Shown: one piece after another, positions 18,701 to 32,200 of the stretch
Numbering within the stretch: position 1 is the first letter of the stretch
How the letters are laid out: each line of letters opens with the position of its first letter
From: Auanema rhodensis
Taxonomy: Eukaryota > Animalia > Nematoda
Direction: 5' to 3'
Length of the DNA: 64,000 nucleotides
Assembly: GCA_964057225.1 (NCBI GenBank)
Contig: OZ059895.1
Coordinates: 18,476,001-18,540,000 of the forward strand
Made by a program: the position numbers and the translations under genes
Notes under the pieces: generated by a model
Told to the model about the DNA's origin: nothing
What the model saw: only the letters and a program-made list of their open reading frames with translations
The model's database searches: none

Positions 18701-20954
18701 GCTAGCATGTCACCTACTCATCTTTCCGTTTTATCTCCTCTTCTGATTCAATCGATACCTAAACTTCTGACAAATAGTCAACCTCCTCAATTAAATTTAT
18801 TAAAAACATTAGCACTCATCTCGACAGAATACAGTGAAGCTGAGAATGTTCTTTTGAAGCAGGTAATTTGGTATTAATGCATAAATTTTAATATTCTTTC
18901 AATTAAGCTTGCTAGTATTGAGATGACTATTCAACAATCTCTCATGTGCATGAATGCGTTGACATTGCTTGTATTGCAAAGAGCAGATTTGGAGTTGATG
19001 TCTAAGGTAAGGTCTAATTAATTTATTGTATGTTGAACCTAATTTTCCAGCTATTATCTGTTCTTCAACAAAACCGATATGCTGCCCGTCTCTTACCGGT
19101 GTTGTGCTCGAGTTTGCCATCCCTTACTAAGTTTTGTAATGGATGCACTGTTCTTCAAGGTTCTATACGGTTTTTGAAAGCATATAATATTTTTTTTAGC
19201 TTTACTCAAAGCTTCTTCTGTACTAAGAGACGAGAGAACTCGTACTGAGGTTGAATGGGCTATGACTTCTTTATGCTTGAGTGCACAACAGAAGGAACTT
19301 CCACAAGTTATACGTGGTTTATTGGCTGACAAGCATAAACTGTTAGAAGGTATGAACCTCTTAATTTAAGATGAACTAATGTGAATTTGTTCAGGAGCCG
19401 TTGTTACGATGGCTAATCAATTCCCATTACCCGGTTTCAATGTATCTCGTTGGAATTCGATCGAATCTCCCCATTCTAGTGCTCAGAAACATTTAGAGAA
19501 ATCTACATTCGTTCACAGGAAGAATGCTATTATTAGGTTTTGAGTTCATATAAATGGACCTGATATACTTTTTAATGCAGTGTGAATAAAGATCCTCAAT
19601 GTGAAGTAACTTCAAGAACAGTGGTTGGGCGACATTGCTGGACTCTTGAGCCGCATGCTACTGAACGTAAGGATGGAAAAAATGTCAACGCTTGGTTGAA
19701 AAAGGAAGCCATGCGAGGCAAACGAGCGGGTCTGCATAATATGGTTCTCAGGATTTATAAATTGTTTTTCTCTAGGTCGAGAATCTTCTGGCATACTTGG
19801 AGTTATGGAAGATCCATTTGATGCTTTACCTGAAGTGACAAACAACAACAAACCTTTGCCTGTTGATACTGAACCTTGGATGCAGATTCTCGACAGTAGT
19901 CGACGACAACCACAACCATTAAAGACCATGCCCCGAAATCCTCCGTCATCTCCTTCACCTAGGTATCTATTGGCGTCATTTTTTTCACTTTTATATTTGT
20001 CTATAGATTACTAGAATGGAGATCTTTGGCTGCTAGTTTTGGGTTTGTTCCAAGTGTAGCTGAAGTTCCTCAAAATTTCAATCGTGATCTCAAACATTTG
20101 GACCAAACATCTGCACGTGAAGTTCACAAGGTGCGATTAGATCAGTTGCAAAAATTATATAGTGAAATCTTTAGGTTGCTGTTATATATGTTGCTGAAGA
20201 ACAAGAAGATAAACAATCCATACTTTCAAACACCACGGCATCTCCTGAATTTGACCGCTTTATTGAGGAATTGGGGTGGGAAGTTCGAATTGGTGCTCAT
20301 GAGGGTTACTCTGGTGGACTCCCAGTTGATTCTATTGCTCCGTATTTCGCGACTCCTGATTCAGAAATAATATTTCATGTTAATACCAAGCTTGGTGGCG
20401 ATGTAACACATAAATGGAAGCATATTGGGAATGACGAAGTATCTATAAATATCTATAATATGATGAAATTCATAATCTTGCAGGTTCACGTTGTTTGGTC
20501 GGAACATACACGCGCTTATCGTAGGGAGACCATTGCTACTAAATTCTGTGACGTTTTAATTGTGTTAGAAAAAGCGGGAGAGAAGGTATGCATCACACAT
20601 ACGTACAGAGGATCTATGAAACAATTCTATTTAGACTTATCGTGTTCGCGTCGAAACAACCAGTAGTTTGGAATTTGGACCATTATACGACGGAGCTCTA
20701 ATCGGTGAAGCAGAGCTTGCTGAGATGGTTAGATTGACCGTGGTATGCAATTGTCTTTGTTTAGTTTTCGCTATTGTACTGTGAAATTTTAGATAAATGC
20801 TTCCCGAGCTTATCGTTTAGCAAGAGAAGATCATGCTCGTCCTATTAGACATCGTGAACATGTTTTTGGTATGGATACTAAACGTCATATGAAATCAGTT
20901 CATTTGGCTGACGCTATCAATAACTTATATGTGCCAAGCATGATGTGTGAATAA
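15758..20954 (+). CDS. hgap-1: Ral GTPase-activating protein alpha subunit (Rap/Ran-GAP domain)
   Basis: N-terminus MFARKAKSSDIMTSVQRF..SRVKHLK, GWQRHAIESLLKK; C-terminal GAP domain RDLKHLD..REVHKVAVIYV, EIIFHV, KWKHIGNDEVHVVWSEH, EFGPLYDG. Confidence 0.88.
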
Positions 20955-21341
20955 GTGGGATGTTTTATGAACTACTTCATAATATTATTTTGTGATATTC
21001 TTATATAAAAGCTGTGATGTTGAGCCTGTGAGCATATTTAGTCTTATCTGCACGCGGTGCCTTATTTGGTTTTTTTTTTCGGTTAATTTACCCAGGATAA
21101 ACTAAAACTGCTAAATACATATCTATCCCTATTAATTTTATAATAATGTATTAATTTATTAATCCTTTAGCATAATTAGTATAGTATTATTATACAAATG
21201 TACATAAAAATACGTTTTATATTTTTAGAGAATAAAAATGGCTTGCTTATTCTGGGGTTGTTTTAGATAAAATCGTAGACGAACCGATTAGTTTATTTAA
21301 ACCAAAATTTATGAACCTGAGACATTATCATATTCGATAGA

Positions 21342-22496
21342 ATGAATATCTTACCAAAGAAGAAATGGCACGTTCGTACAAAGGAGAATATGGCTCGTGT
21401 TCGGAGAGACGAAGCGAAAGCCGAAGAAGAAGAGCGGCAACGTCTTGATAGAGCCATATTAGCTGAAAATGAAAGGAGGTTACAAGCATTACGTTCTAAA
21501 GCTGACGACAGGTCTCCTATTCCTTGTGAGAAATTAGAATCTTAAACTACTCTTATAGAATGACTACAATGTTTGGAAAAGGTGGTGAACGGCAGAGTCA
21601 AGAAGATATGTCAATATCCAGTGAAACTGGTCATGTTAATTTCTTTCAGGTTTTAGTAATGAGAAACCCCGCTAATGATTTTTTTAGGATCTTGAGAGAG
21701 AAGAACGGAAAAATCATGGAGAAGGTAATAAAGAATATGAGAAAGAAAAGAAAAAAGAGCAACAAGTGAGCTATAACATTTGAATTTCCAAAGAAACATC
21801 TGATTTTAGGAATGGGAATCGAAAATGGGTATACAAAAAATGTTAGGAGAAGGTACAAATGAATTGGATAAGAAGAAAGAATGGTATGAAAATCTACCAG
21901 GACTCCGTACAGCTCCAAAACCCGTAATTTGCTTGCAAATATTCAGCAATAGTATATCTGTTTAGATAAAATATGGAGCTCCTATGCCTCACGCTATTGT
22001 CAAAGATGGGGATGAAGACTCTGATGATAAGAAGAAGCACAAAAAGAAGAAGAAGAAGGAATCTAGTAAACATAAGAAAGATAGAAAGCACCGTCGTAAA
22101 CGTAGTAGTAGTAATAGTAGCTCAGATAGTGAAAGCGAAAGCTCCTCCAAGCATAAGAAAAGTTAAAAATCATGTTTTACCAATATAAATTTTCTTCCTT
22201 TAAGAGAAGAAAAAGAGGAAGAGAAAGCATAGCAAAAGTGAAGTAGAAGAAGAAGAAAAGAGGCGAAAATATTTGGCTGAGAAACATAGTCATTTAGCTA
22301 TGTTACGTGAAGAACGGATTCGTAGAGAACGCCAAGAGGTTTATTCCAACAGCATTTCTAATTTAATTTTCGTATTTTTCAGAAAGGTAGAACTGAGCTA
22401 CTACTTAATCCAGAGTTAGCGGCAAAAAAAGAAGAACCTACTACTAAGAAACCTAAGTATAATTCCCAGTTCAACCCAGAACTTAGTAGATATTGA
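21342..22496 (+). CDS. LENG1: LENG1-like protein (Cir_N domain, splicing-associated)
   Basis: [32 protein letters not shown]-terminus; Lys/Ser-rich middle; C-terminal [10 protein letters not shown]. Confidence 0.88.
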
Positions 22497-22634
22497 TCTC
22501 TTATTAATTGTATTACAATAAAAATAGTATTAATATTACGTTATTATTTCCTAAAAAATATAGTTTTAATCTATATATACATATTTTTTAACATTTTTAT
22601 CGTTTTTCAACGCATATATTACTTTAGCCTCGTT

Positions 22635-23507
22635 ATGAAATACCCTCGATCGATCTGGATAGTTCGACATGCTGAAAGGTAATATGATATTTTTTTGTTT
22701 ATACTATTTTTATCATATTTAGAGAAGATAATATAAACAAGAATTGGAAAAAACTACCGGAAGCTCAAGGTCTTAGTCAAGATAATTCCCATCTTAGTCG
22801 TAGGGGTCGTAGTCAAGCAGCTGAATGTGCTACGCGGTATTTGATATACAGATAGAGACGAAAATGAATTCACTTTTTTTCAGATTTGCTAATGTTCCCT
22901 TAAACCATGTTTTCGCTTCTCCTTTTGACAGAACTATTCAAACGGCCTCGATCATTGCCCAAGGAAAAGGATTATTAGTCAAAGTTGGTTGAATTTTCAT
23001 TCTTAATTAAAAATAACTTCAGCCTGAACCAGGACTTCTTGAGGCTTTTTATTTGTGCGACAAGCCACCTAGCTACTGGTCTGCAGAAGAACTTAAAACC
23101 AAATATGAACTCGTGGATACCGATTATATCCCCCTCTTCACTAAAGTTATTTCAAAATTTTTTATTCATTCCTAATTCCCTTTTCAGCACATCTTACCAA
23201 AGGAGGGATTTGGCGACGAAGCTTGTGTTCCTAGGTTGAGAGCCACAATACAGTATATTACCGCAAAATACGAAGGTGGGTATGGTTCGTTTGTACTCTT
23301 TTGAAAGTGAATCTTTTAGGGGATTTGCTTTTAGTCGGACACGGAGCTTCAATTGGAGCGTGTCATGAAGTGCTCTGTAACGACTTTCGATATGTTGGAC
23401 AAGCAACTGTTAGCAAATTCACTGAGACATCTCCAGGAAATTTTAAGTTGGATTACAGTGGTGACTCAAGTCATCTCTCTGATAAATCTAATTTACGTCC
23501 TTGGTAA
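22635..23507 (+). CDS. Histidine phosphatase / phosphoglycerate mutase-like protein
   Basis: IWIVRHAERED, DNSHLSRRG, HVFASPFDRTIQTA, LLLVGHG motifs. Confidence 0.88.
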
Positions 23508-23635
23508 AACAATAAAAATTATAAATTATTATTTAACCCGAAATTAAACATAAATTATAATATAAAATTGTTAAACAATCACAGACATAAATGAGGAAAG
23601 GCAATTAATCAGCAATGGCAATTAAAGCTTACAAC

Positions 23636-24378
23636 CTATTCTTTGTTTTTCATCATAAAAACTCCTTCCGCTACTTTCCAATTAGCTCCACTCGTAACTC
23701 CATCAACACCAACCACTTCTCTTTGACCATGAATAGGTCTTCCGAACTGTTGGCCTGATAACGCCAAGTACACTCCAGTGATAGAATGCTTCAGTCGAAT
23801 GCTCTTTAAAAGAATGACGTAAAATAGTAAAATTAAATAAATTACCTCGGTTTCAATCCATTCATCATCATTGCAAACTACCTCCCAGTTATCACCAGTG
23901 TCACTCTCTTTTTCATTACCAAAGCATGAAACCTCCTAAAACCATGTAATTAATGCAAACATTTGATACTTTTTTTCACAAACCTGATATTGCTTAGAAA
24001 GGGGAGCATGGAAGTGGTGACTATGAAGAAAGCACCCAGTCGTCAAGTGCTTCAATCTAATCTTATCCCCACATTTGATTGGGTCACCACGTCCGCAATC
24101 TCCTTTCAATTCTAAAGAACACAACTAACAAAGATACAATATTTTATGTTAGTACCGGGATAAATCATCCAATGGGAGTTAACATCATCAGAGTTCTTAA
24201 CAGCTGTAACCGATTGCTGTCCGCTTCCACTGCCATACTTAACATCATGAGAATGCAAGCGAGATCCTTCATTTGAGTTCATTAACTTGATAAGACTACG
24301 ACACGTAACATATTGATCGTCAATTGAACCAAAAGTTCCGTAAACAAAACCAGAGATTAGTAAAACTCCTACCCACAT
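23636..24378 (-). CDS. SDF2: Stromal cell-derived factor 2-like MIR-domain protein
   Basis: Signal peptide; RLHSHDVKYGSGSGQQSVTAV; CGRGDPIKCGDKIRLKHLTTGCFLHSH; ends EGVFMMKNKE* (no HDEL). Confidence 0.93.
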
Positions 24379-24754
24379 TCGTCTAAAAAAATTATATAAA
24401 TTGAAGGAATATTAGGCTTAAATAGGAATTTTATAATAAAAAGCACAGCATTAACCATACCGACACATGTAGTTGGTTAACTGCCAAGAAGACACAAGGA
24501 AAACGCCAATGGGGAGAATTGCTGACTCATATCCAGTGCCCTAGATAAAAATTCCCATTTCATCATTTACATTAAATTTCAAATAATTTTTTACAAGTTT
24601 TTAACTGAGATATTTCACTCCATACTCAAAAAATCCGAAATATATTCTTGTATGGTTATAAAATCTTATTTTACGTTTCTCCTTAAAAAATATATGTTCG
24701 AAATATGCGATCTTAAGAAATTCAGTAACTACTATATTTCAGCAGCTATTTATA

Positions 24755-26300
24755 ATGGCTTCTGCACTTGCTGCTGCAACTATTGCACCTCCTTTGGTAA
24801 CTTATATCCAAATGGATTCTCTTGTTATCATGAAGATTGTCAAGCATGTTGATAGCGAGCTTCATGCTGGTATGAGTGAGGTAAATTCCGTCCAGTTTTT
24901 AAGTATTATAAAATCTATTTAGGTTGCTGGTGAAGCATGCCAAGGATTGCTCACTGGGTTAGTATCAATGGAGGATAGCAGACTTGAAATAACCAACTGT
25001 TTCCCAACAGCACGCGCTGAACCAATTTTGGAGAGTGAAGAAAATGCTGCTCAAGTATTTTTTTTATCATACTTGTCGTTTATAGTGTTAAAATATTTTT
25101 AGGCCAACCAAGCTTATGAAGAATTGAAACAAGCTGAAATGCTGGATATGCTCAGAAAATTCCGGTATAATTTTTGCTGCTTTTCATAATTTTATCTTTT
25201 ATTAAGTGCTATGAGCATTGATTATGAACTTGTTGGTTTTTACCAAGCTCATCCATTTGGAGCTTGTTTCTCACAGGTATAGTATATATTTTTACTTTTC
25301 TTACTTTCTGATTTTCTTGAAGGATCTCGTTGATTCTATGTATGATTACCAAAGCAATGGTCCTGATGGTGTAGTAATCATCTATGGTAGTTCCACTTTA
25401 TTATAGTACGATGACTTATGTGCTCATTTTAGATCCCGTGAAAACTAGACAAGGACAGCTTTCCCTGAAAGCTTATCGCCTTTCGCTCCCTGCCTTAGAA
25501 TTATATGCACGGGGTGACTGGAGCCCAGAAGCGTAAGTTTTTGAATTTCATACATTTTGATATGTACTGTTTTAAGTGTAAAAACAGCCAATCTCACCTA
25601 CGAGTCTATGTTCGAAGAACTCCCTATCGTTATTAAAAGTAATCACCTTGTCAATGTGATGATGGCTGAATTAGCTCTTGCTCCTAGCAGGGTTGCTGAG
25701 AAATATTCTGCTCATCTTGAACTGGGGACAAGAAGGTATGGCAATAATATTTTTTAATTTACTTTTTTTTTGTTTAGATCTCTTGAAAAAAGTGTTCGTG
25801 GAATGATGGGTAACATTGATGAGTTGAATAAGTCTATTTCTTTCTATGCGAAATATGTTAATGAAAAGCAGAGACACGATGTTACGGTGTTAAATATGAC
25901 TCAAAAGAGAGTATGTTTATTTCATATAATTTTTTATACCTTTTTCCATTTTGAAGCAAGTCGAGAACGAGCAAAGAATTGCCCGAGGAGATCCACCTTT
26001 GTCTATGGACGACATTAAGAAACTTAAGCCACCTACTCTACAAGTAGTTAGATTTCACGATTTCCATGTTATAACCTTCTTGTAGGCCCGAAATGGAATG
26101 TTAGAGTCTATGTTGGCCTGTTCTGAAACCCAAGCTCTTGCTGATTTCTGTATCAAGGTGAAATTAGCTTCAATGTTGAAATTTTTCATGAATATTTTTA
26201 GGTTACGGGTGAAAATGTGGCCAAGTCTTTCATGGCAGAAGCTGTCGCAGATGAAAAACCAACCAAGGATCGTTCACAGAGCACCGCTACTTCCCGCTAA
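24755..26300 (+). CDS. eif-3.H: Translation initiation factor 3 subunit H
   Basis: [55 protein letters not shown] (MPN domain). Confidence 0.93.
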
Positions 26301-26490
26301 AGTTTTGTTTGTTTCTTATTTTTTTTTGTTATGATGATGATGATGTACTTGTTGGGAATGAGAAAAAAATTGTTTTATTGGTGAAGTACTGTCTGCGATT
26401 CCTTTTAGGGATTTCGGGATTTATATTGAATGTATTTCGTAGAAGTATAACACTAATGATCTGTTGTTTTCACAAAATAAAATCTATAAT

Positions 26491-28918
26491 TTATCCCTGA
26501 AATATATGTAAATTGCTCATATTGCAGTTGGCTTCTTCTAAGATTTTCATAGCAGAGGTTACAAATCCCTCTGGTCCGCAAACAAAAACTTGAGTAAGCT
26601 TATCAAGAGGTGGAATATGAGAGCTATGTATTCTACCAGTGAGACCTTTCCAATCGGTGGAAGGAGCAGACAATATATGAGTAATCTAGAACGGAGATAA
26701 GATTTTAACATTAGATCATATATAACATACCTCTATTAAATCTTCTTCCCATTTCATTGGTATACATATATCGTCAACGATATCCTTCTCAGTTTTATTG
26801 TAAAATATCAACTTGGTCGGCGGTCTTAATGGCTGGACCATAAAGCAGATTTGCCTATAAAGCCTACCTAATCCGTTCATTAATTCTATTACGTATAATG
26901 GGAATCATTGGAGTAATTCCAGTACCAGCGGCCAGCATTATGACTGATTTATCATTTCCTATTAATGCTTCAATATCTGTATCTCCAATGGGATCACTAA
27001 TTTCCAAGATATCACCTTTAACATATTACTAGCTTTGATCAATAATCATGCAAAATATAAACCTTTCTTAAGTTTTCCTAGAGCAGGAGTGCATATTCCA
27101 TCGGAATAAATTTTGATTATAAACTGAATACGACCAGGAGACTCTTCTGTTGGTAACGTACAAGAAATCGGAGTATAAGGGCGAAACACAGTGGCATCTA
27201 TAATCGGAAAGAACGGAAATTAGCTGCAATCTTAGAGACTTACTTCCTTTCTTGATTTTAATGGATACATGTTGGCCCAATGGAAGATGAAAGTACGAAC
27301 ATTTCGGAAGTATTAAGTCGTAAAGTAAAGTATCATGAGACACATTGGATACATTTTCTATTTCACATTTATGATATTGGACAGCTGAAACTGACTCAGA
27401 TAAGAATTGTAAAAGGAAAATAACTTACCGGGTCTCTTTTTAACTAATTTCGTTTTCATGTTGATCGCTTTTATCACATTAATCTCTTCAGTATCGAATA
27501 ATAGAATAATTTTATTCATGTCAACATCTATAGAATATAATGCATCATATAGTAATTTGTTACAGAGTGCTGTAAAGAAAAGTATTGATTGCAAGTGTTA
27601 TATAAGCTTACGAATAATAATTTCCATTGCTGGTTTCTTGAAAGGCCTGACTAATACCCGTAAATGAGATTGAAGTTCAGAAAAACTAGCTACAACGTTT
27701 GAAGACGTAATATTTGCCCAATAATTACTTATCAAAAATAGAAAACTTTTGTTAATTTCAATTCTGTAAAAAAACTTTTAAAAAGAAAAGATTTCCAATA
27801 ATCTAACTTAACATCATCAGCTACGTTAGATGGGCTTGCGAAATTGGTTGGATTTGGTAACACTTCTTCATCAATTGTAGAAGGACCGCACGGTGGTACT
27901 GAATATATTTAGATATATTAGGAGAACTTTACAGCCAATAGATTTAAATATATTAGGAAAACTTTACAGCCAATAGATTTAATTATATTAGGAGAACTTT
28001 ACATTTATTTGAATCCCCACAAAATGGTCCTACTAGGCAAGATTTCAGCATGTTTTCATAGTTAACCCAAGCATGGTATTGGTTGAACAAAGCAGTCGCA
28101 TCACGTCCTGCTGCTCTCATTAATTCAGGAACTCCACCCGGGTGGAAATCCAGATATTGAGTTACGTCATACACCTTTTAAAACGTTGGAAATAAATTAA
28201 AAAACTTGAAATTAATACTTGGCCAAATAAGACAATCCAACAATCATTTTGAGTAGAATGATTCATTAACTCTTCTTCATTAACACCAGATGAACGCTTC
28301 TTCGATAAAACCTGGAAAAAAATTTGAAAAATAATTATTAAATAAAATTCGAGTTTGAATATTTAAATAATTACAAACCTTTAAAAAATTGCGAAACATT
28401 AATGCTTTAATTTGCTAATACATACTAGCAGCCTTGCTGCTCATTTGAAGCAATGCGGCTCGATCGAAGAGCTGGCGGCTCGTTAAAAAAGGGAGGTTGG
28501 AGGTTTGAACCGCAAGTAATAGCAGGAATCCCGAAACCAAGCCCTCCGTAAATTTAATCAATGATGTGAATTTAATTATTTTTAATAGAAAAACTTATGT
28601 GGGATTGTTCCACTAACATCTTCACAGTTTTTTTCCACGTCTTTCAAAATAAAAAGTAGCTCAAGCAATTTCATAAAATCAAGAATTTGATTTAAAAAAT
28701 ATTAGTTTAATGATGTTATTCTTAACTTGATTTCAAATGAAAAAACGTTTTACTTTTCCGGAAGAGAGTCGCACCCAATCCATCAGCCCTTTCCCTGGTG
28801 GTAGAGCAACTTTGACCCTGCCATATTCACTTCGTCCTATAGCCGGTTTCTTAAAAATATTATTATAAAATAATGTGAAAATAGTTCATACTGGAAGTAA
28901 ATTGTTTGGATTTAACAT
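26491..28918 (-). CDS. CYB5R4: Cytochrome b5 reductase 4 (NCB5OR: cyt b5 + CS + reductase domains)
   Basis: KVALPPGKGLMDWVRL; VYDVTQYLDFHPGGVPELMRAAG; LPLGQHV; MLAAGTGITPM; VFVCGPEGF. Confidence 0.9.
27914..28003. repeat. 35-bp minisatellite (about 2.6 copies) in a CYB5R4 intron
   Basis: TATATTAGGAGAACTTTACAGCCAATAGATTTAAA at 27914 and 27949 (two substitutions), partial copy at 27984. Confidence 0.9.
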
Positions 28919-29248
28919 TGGCAGGTATGCTCGGGAAATTGAAGTTTCAAGTTTTCTTCTGTATTTAATCGTCCGTGCGGTTACGGATGTATTTTAAGTC
29001 GAACGACGCTTGATATTGCTGAGCTTATAAAGAAAAACTATATTTTTTCACCAAATTTAAATATATGAATCTGAAAATATACTAAGTAAGAATAAGGAAC
29101 TTTCTTTTTTATGTTCATACAATTATGTATTTTAAATTTGTTAACTGTAATCGCGTTGTCATATGTTAACTAATCTTAGGTAAAAATCACTTTCATTTTC
29201 AGAAAAAGGTGGAAGAGGTAAGAGATATTAGTAGGCCTTCGGCTTGCA

Positions 29249-32200
29249 ATGTCTTCCTCACATCCTCCTGTTCCGGCTGCTCGAAGAACGGGTGGTGATC
29301 GAGCTAGTGCTGGAACTCCATCGGTTAGTCATTTTTTATAAAACGTTCTGTAAGCATGTTTATAGACGGGTCTGTTAATCAATGTTATTCGTACTTTAAC
29401 ATCAAGTGTATCTGAAGACCAGCGAGAATTAGAGAAAGCTAGGTTAGAAAAAGGGTTTAAAGAGTCAGAAAAGCTAATTGATCGACTTGTCAAAGGTATT
29501 AATTTGGGCATTATTGAAACAGTCATGCTTTTTATGTAGAGCATCACAAAGATGTTGAACAGTGCCTTGATTCTTTCCGAGACGTATCTCATAGAATATC
29601 AAGTAAGTGATTGAGATTAGTGTTTTAAATTGTTTTATCTATAGCATGTCGTGAAAAGATACATAACGTACGTAATGCTCTACAAACTTGTAACAGTTTA
29701 CTCGAATGCCGTAGAGATGATTTAAAAAAGTTATGGTTGGAAAACTCTCAACAAAAGCATGTTTGTGATATCTTGACCCAATTGTTAGTTTATTCTTAAT
29801 ATTAGGTAATCTAGGTAGAATTTTAGAGAAGAACTGAAAGAAGCTCCTTTGAAAGTTGACATAGCTATGGCTGCTGGACAATACCAGGAGGCTGCTCGAT
29901 TAATTAGTGTATCACGTATGCTATAGCTTCTGTCCTTTTTATATTGCTGTACTTGTAGGTGAATTATTGGATGGAAAACTTTCTATAATTGAAGGTTTGA
30001 GTCAGTTAAGAAAGTCAATTTCTGAATCTGCTCAAGCGCTTGCTGAAAACATTATTCGAGAAATTTCTGTAATGCTTGTGGTAGATCCTTTTGAAATTTT
30101 TGTAAGTTAATATTATTACATGGCTTCACAAACACTTTTTGTTTCATAGATGTTTGATGTTGTGTTAACCATGCCTCCACAAAGAGTTCAAGAGTCAGAG
30201 CAGTGCCAAAAATTATACGAAAAAGTTTGTGGTTTAATTTGTTTTTGCTAATTATCTTATATAGGCTTCGTCTACTATCGAAAAACAATCTTTATCCTCA
30301 AGATTAGCATTTTCTGTCGCCGCATTAAGTGAACTGGAAGGAGATGCTATGGTTTTAGATAGAGTTCTAGCACTTTCAAGTTCTCAAATTCATAAGCAAG
30401 TAAGTTAATACGATTGGATAACTGAATAAAATATTAATGATTTAGGTAACAGCCACTGTGAATCTTATCAGGACTAAGGCTGCTATTGATACAGGTGACA
30501 GAGCTCTAGACGGAGATCAAACTCATTTAACACAGTTGATTCAAATGGTACTGGATGTTTTATTACTTTTTGTAAACTTTCTGTATCTTTTAGATTGTTC
30601 AACAAATACGAGAATGCAAAAAAGCGTACAGTGTCTTAGCTGAAATCGTTGCAACTTCAAACAATCAAAATCAAGTGATGACCTCCTTCTGGGATTCTGC
30701 TCAATCTGCAGTGGAGGTTTTCATATTGAAGATTAAGCAAAAGCAAATCAATTCTTTGTAGGCTCTCGTTTCTGATCATCTTGATATAACTCCTTTGGCT
30801 ACGAAAGATCCGTTGGAGTCCAAACGTCGATTATTCAGATTTGATGCTACTGCTTATGCTGGAACTACTACAGTGAATAGCTCTACAACTCCGGTACAAC
30901 ATGAATCTTTTCATAATTTGCATTGTGCTAGTTTAGAATGCCTTAGTTGTTTGTTTGCCATCTGCTTATAATATGGTGCCAATGTTTCCTTGGTTGCGGG
31001 AGTTAATGGAGACCATAGAGAAATCTACAGGTGAACAACAGTGCAAGCTTAGGTGAGATAAAAATTCATTTTTTTTAAATTTTGAATTCAAAAATGCCTT
31101 AGGCGTTTCACTCATTCCTTTGTAATGGAAATGTTTGTGGAAAGAGTAAAAGCGAACCTTGCCGAAAAGATCGAGGTAGCTCTGCGGTCCTCTGATGGTC
31201 ACTCAGCCAGACTTCAGAACGTGGTATATTTAATTGCATGACTTATTAATGTCTTTATCAATTAAGAAGGTTTTGCCATCTTGTGAAAAAGTTCTTGAGC
31301 TTTGTAAAGAAGTTCATTCCTTAATTATTAATATGGATTTATACGCTGAACGTTTTGCTGCCATTTGGCTTCTTCTTCTTTCTGCATACAATGCAAATGT
31401 GAATCAAATGTACGAAAGGGTAAGGAAAACGTTTTTACTTTTGTTTACGAAATTTGGTGCTACAGACGACTTTGTCTTTGGGGGAAATGGAAGGTGGAAC
31501 ATGCAGAAGAAAAATCAGTGCTGCTTGGGCTGCTGATGAAGACATATCACGTCTTTTGATGAGCTTACCGAACTGGCAAATGGCTGCGATTGATGTCACT
31601 GCGGGAACTCCAACTTCACCAATGATCGAAAGCGAACAGGTTTTTCAAATGTTTAAGCAAATATGTATATTCTGTCTAGGAAATCCGGCAGCGAAACGAA
31701 CGCGAGTCTGATATTCTTATTGGAAATTTAGTTACTCAAAAGAAAATGGATAGAGGAGAACTTGTTACAGACATGGAAGATGTGCGGGCACTAGCTGCTT
31801 TGCATGAAAGCTTACGTTGGTTTGCTGTTGAGGTATGGAAGTTTTCAAATAAGTATTTATATGCTATTGTTCTAGGTTCGTAAGCTTGTTGGCAGTTTAC
31901 CTAGGCCAATTGAAAAAAACCTTCGTGGATTTCTAGTTCAATTACGTTTAAAAGATGGCCAACAGCTGGAAAATGTATTTCATTTTTTTGTATTTTAGCC
32001 TCATTGTTGTAATTATTATTTTTAGGAGCCTGTTCTAAAAGTAATGGAGGAGTTTGTCCGTCAGTTAGAATCCATATCCGATACTTGTCTTCTTATGCTT
32101 CACTTAGAACTACGTGTTCATTGTTTTTTCCATTTACTCCCTATTGCTCGTCCTCGTAATTCTAGTGTTCACGAAGAAATAGACCAAGAGGTAATTAAGA

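Noticed and set aside
24411-24483. TAAGCCTAA (minus strand) and a TTAACCA/TGGTTAA hairpin upstream of SDF2, as a possible telomerase RNA template
   Set aside because: It lies in a short AT-rich bidirectional promoter/outron with no room for pseudoknot or H/ACA domains; a 9-mer match is not enough.
26330-26345. Short (TGA)n microsatellite in the eIF3h 3' UTR
   Set aside because: About five units; too short to be informative.
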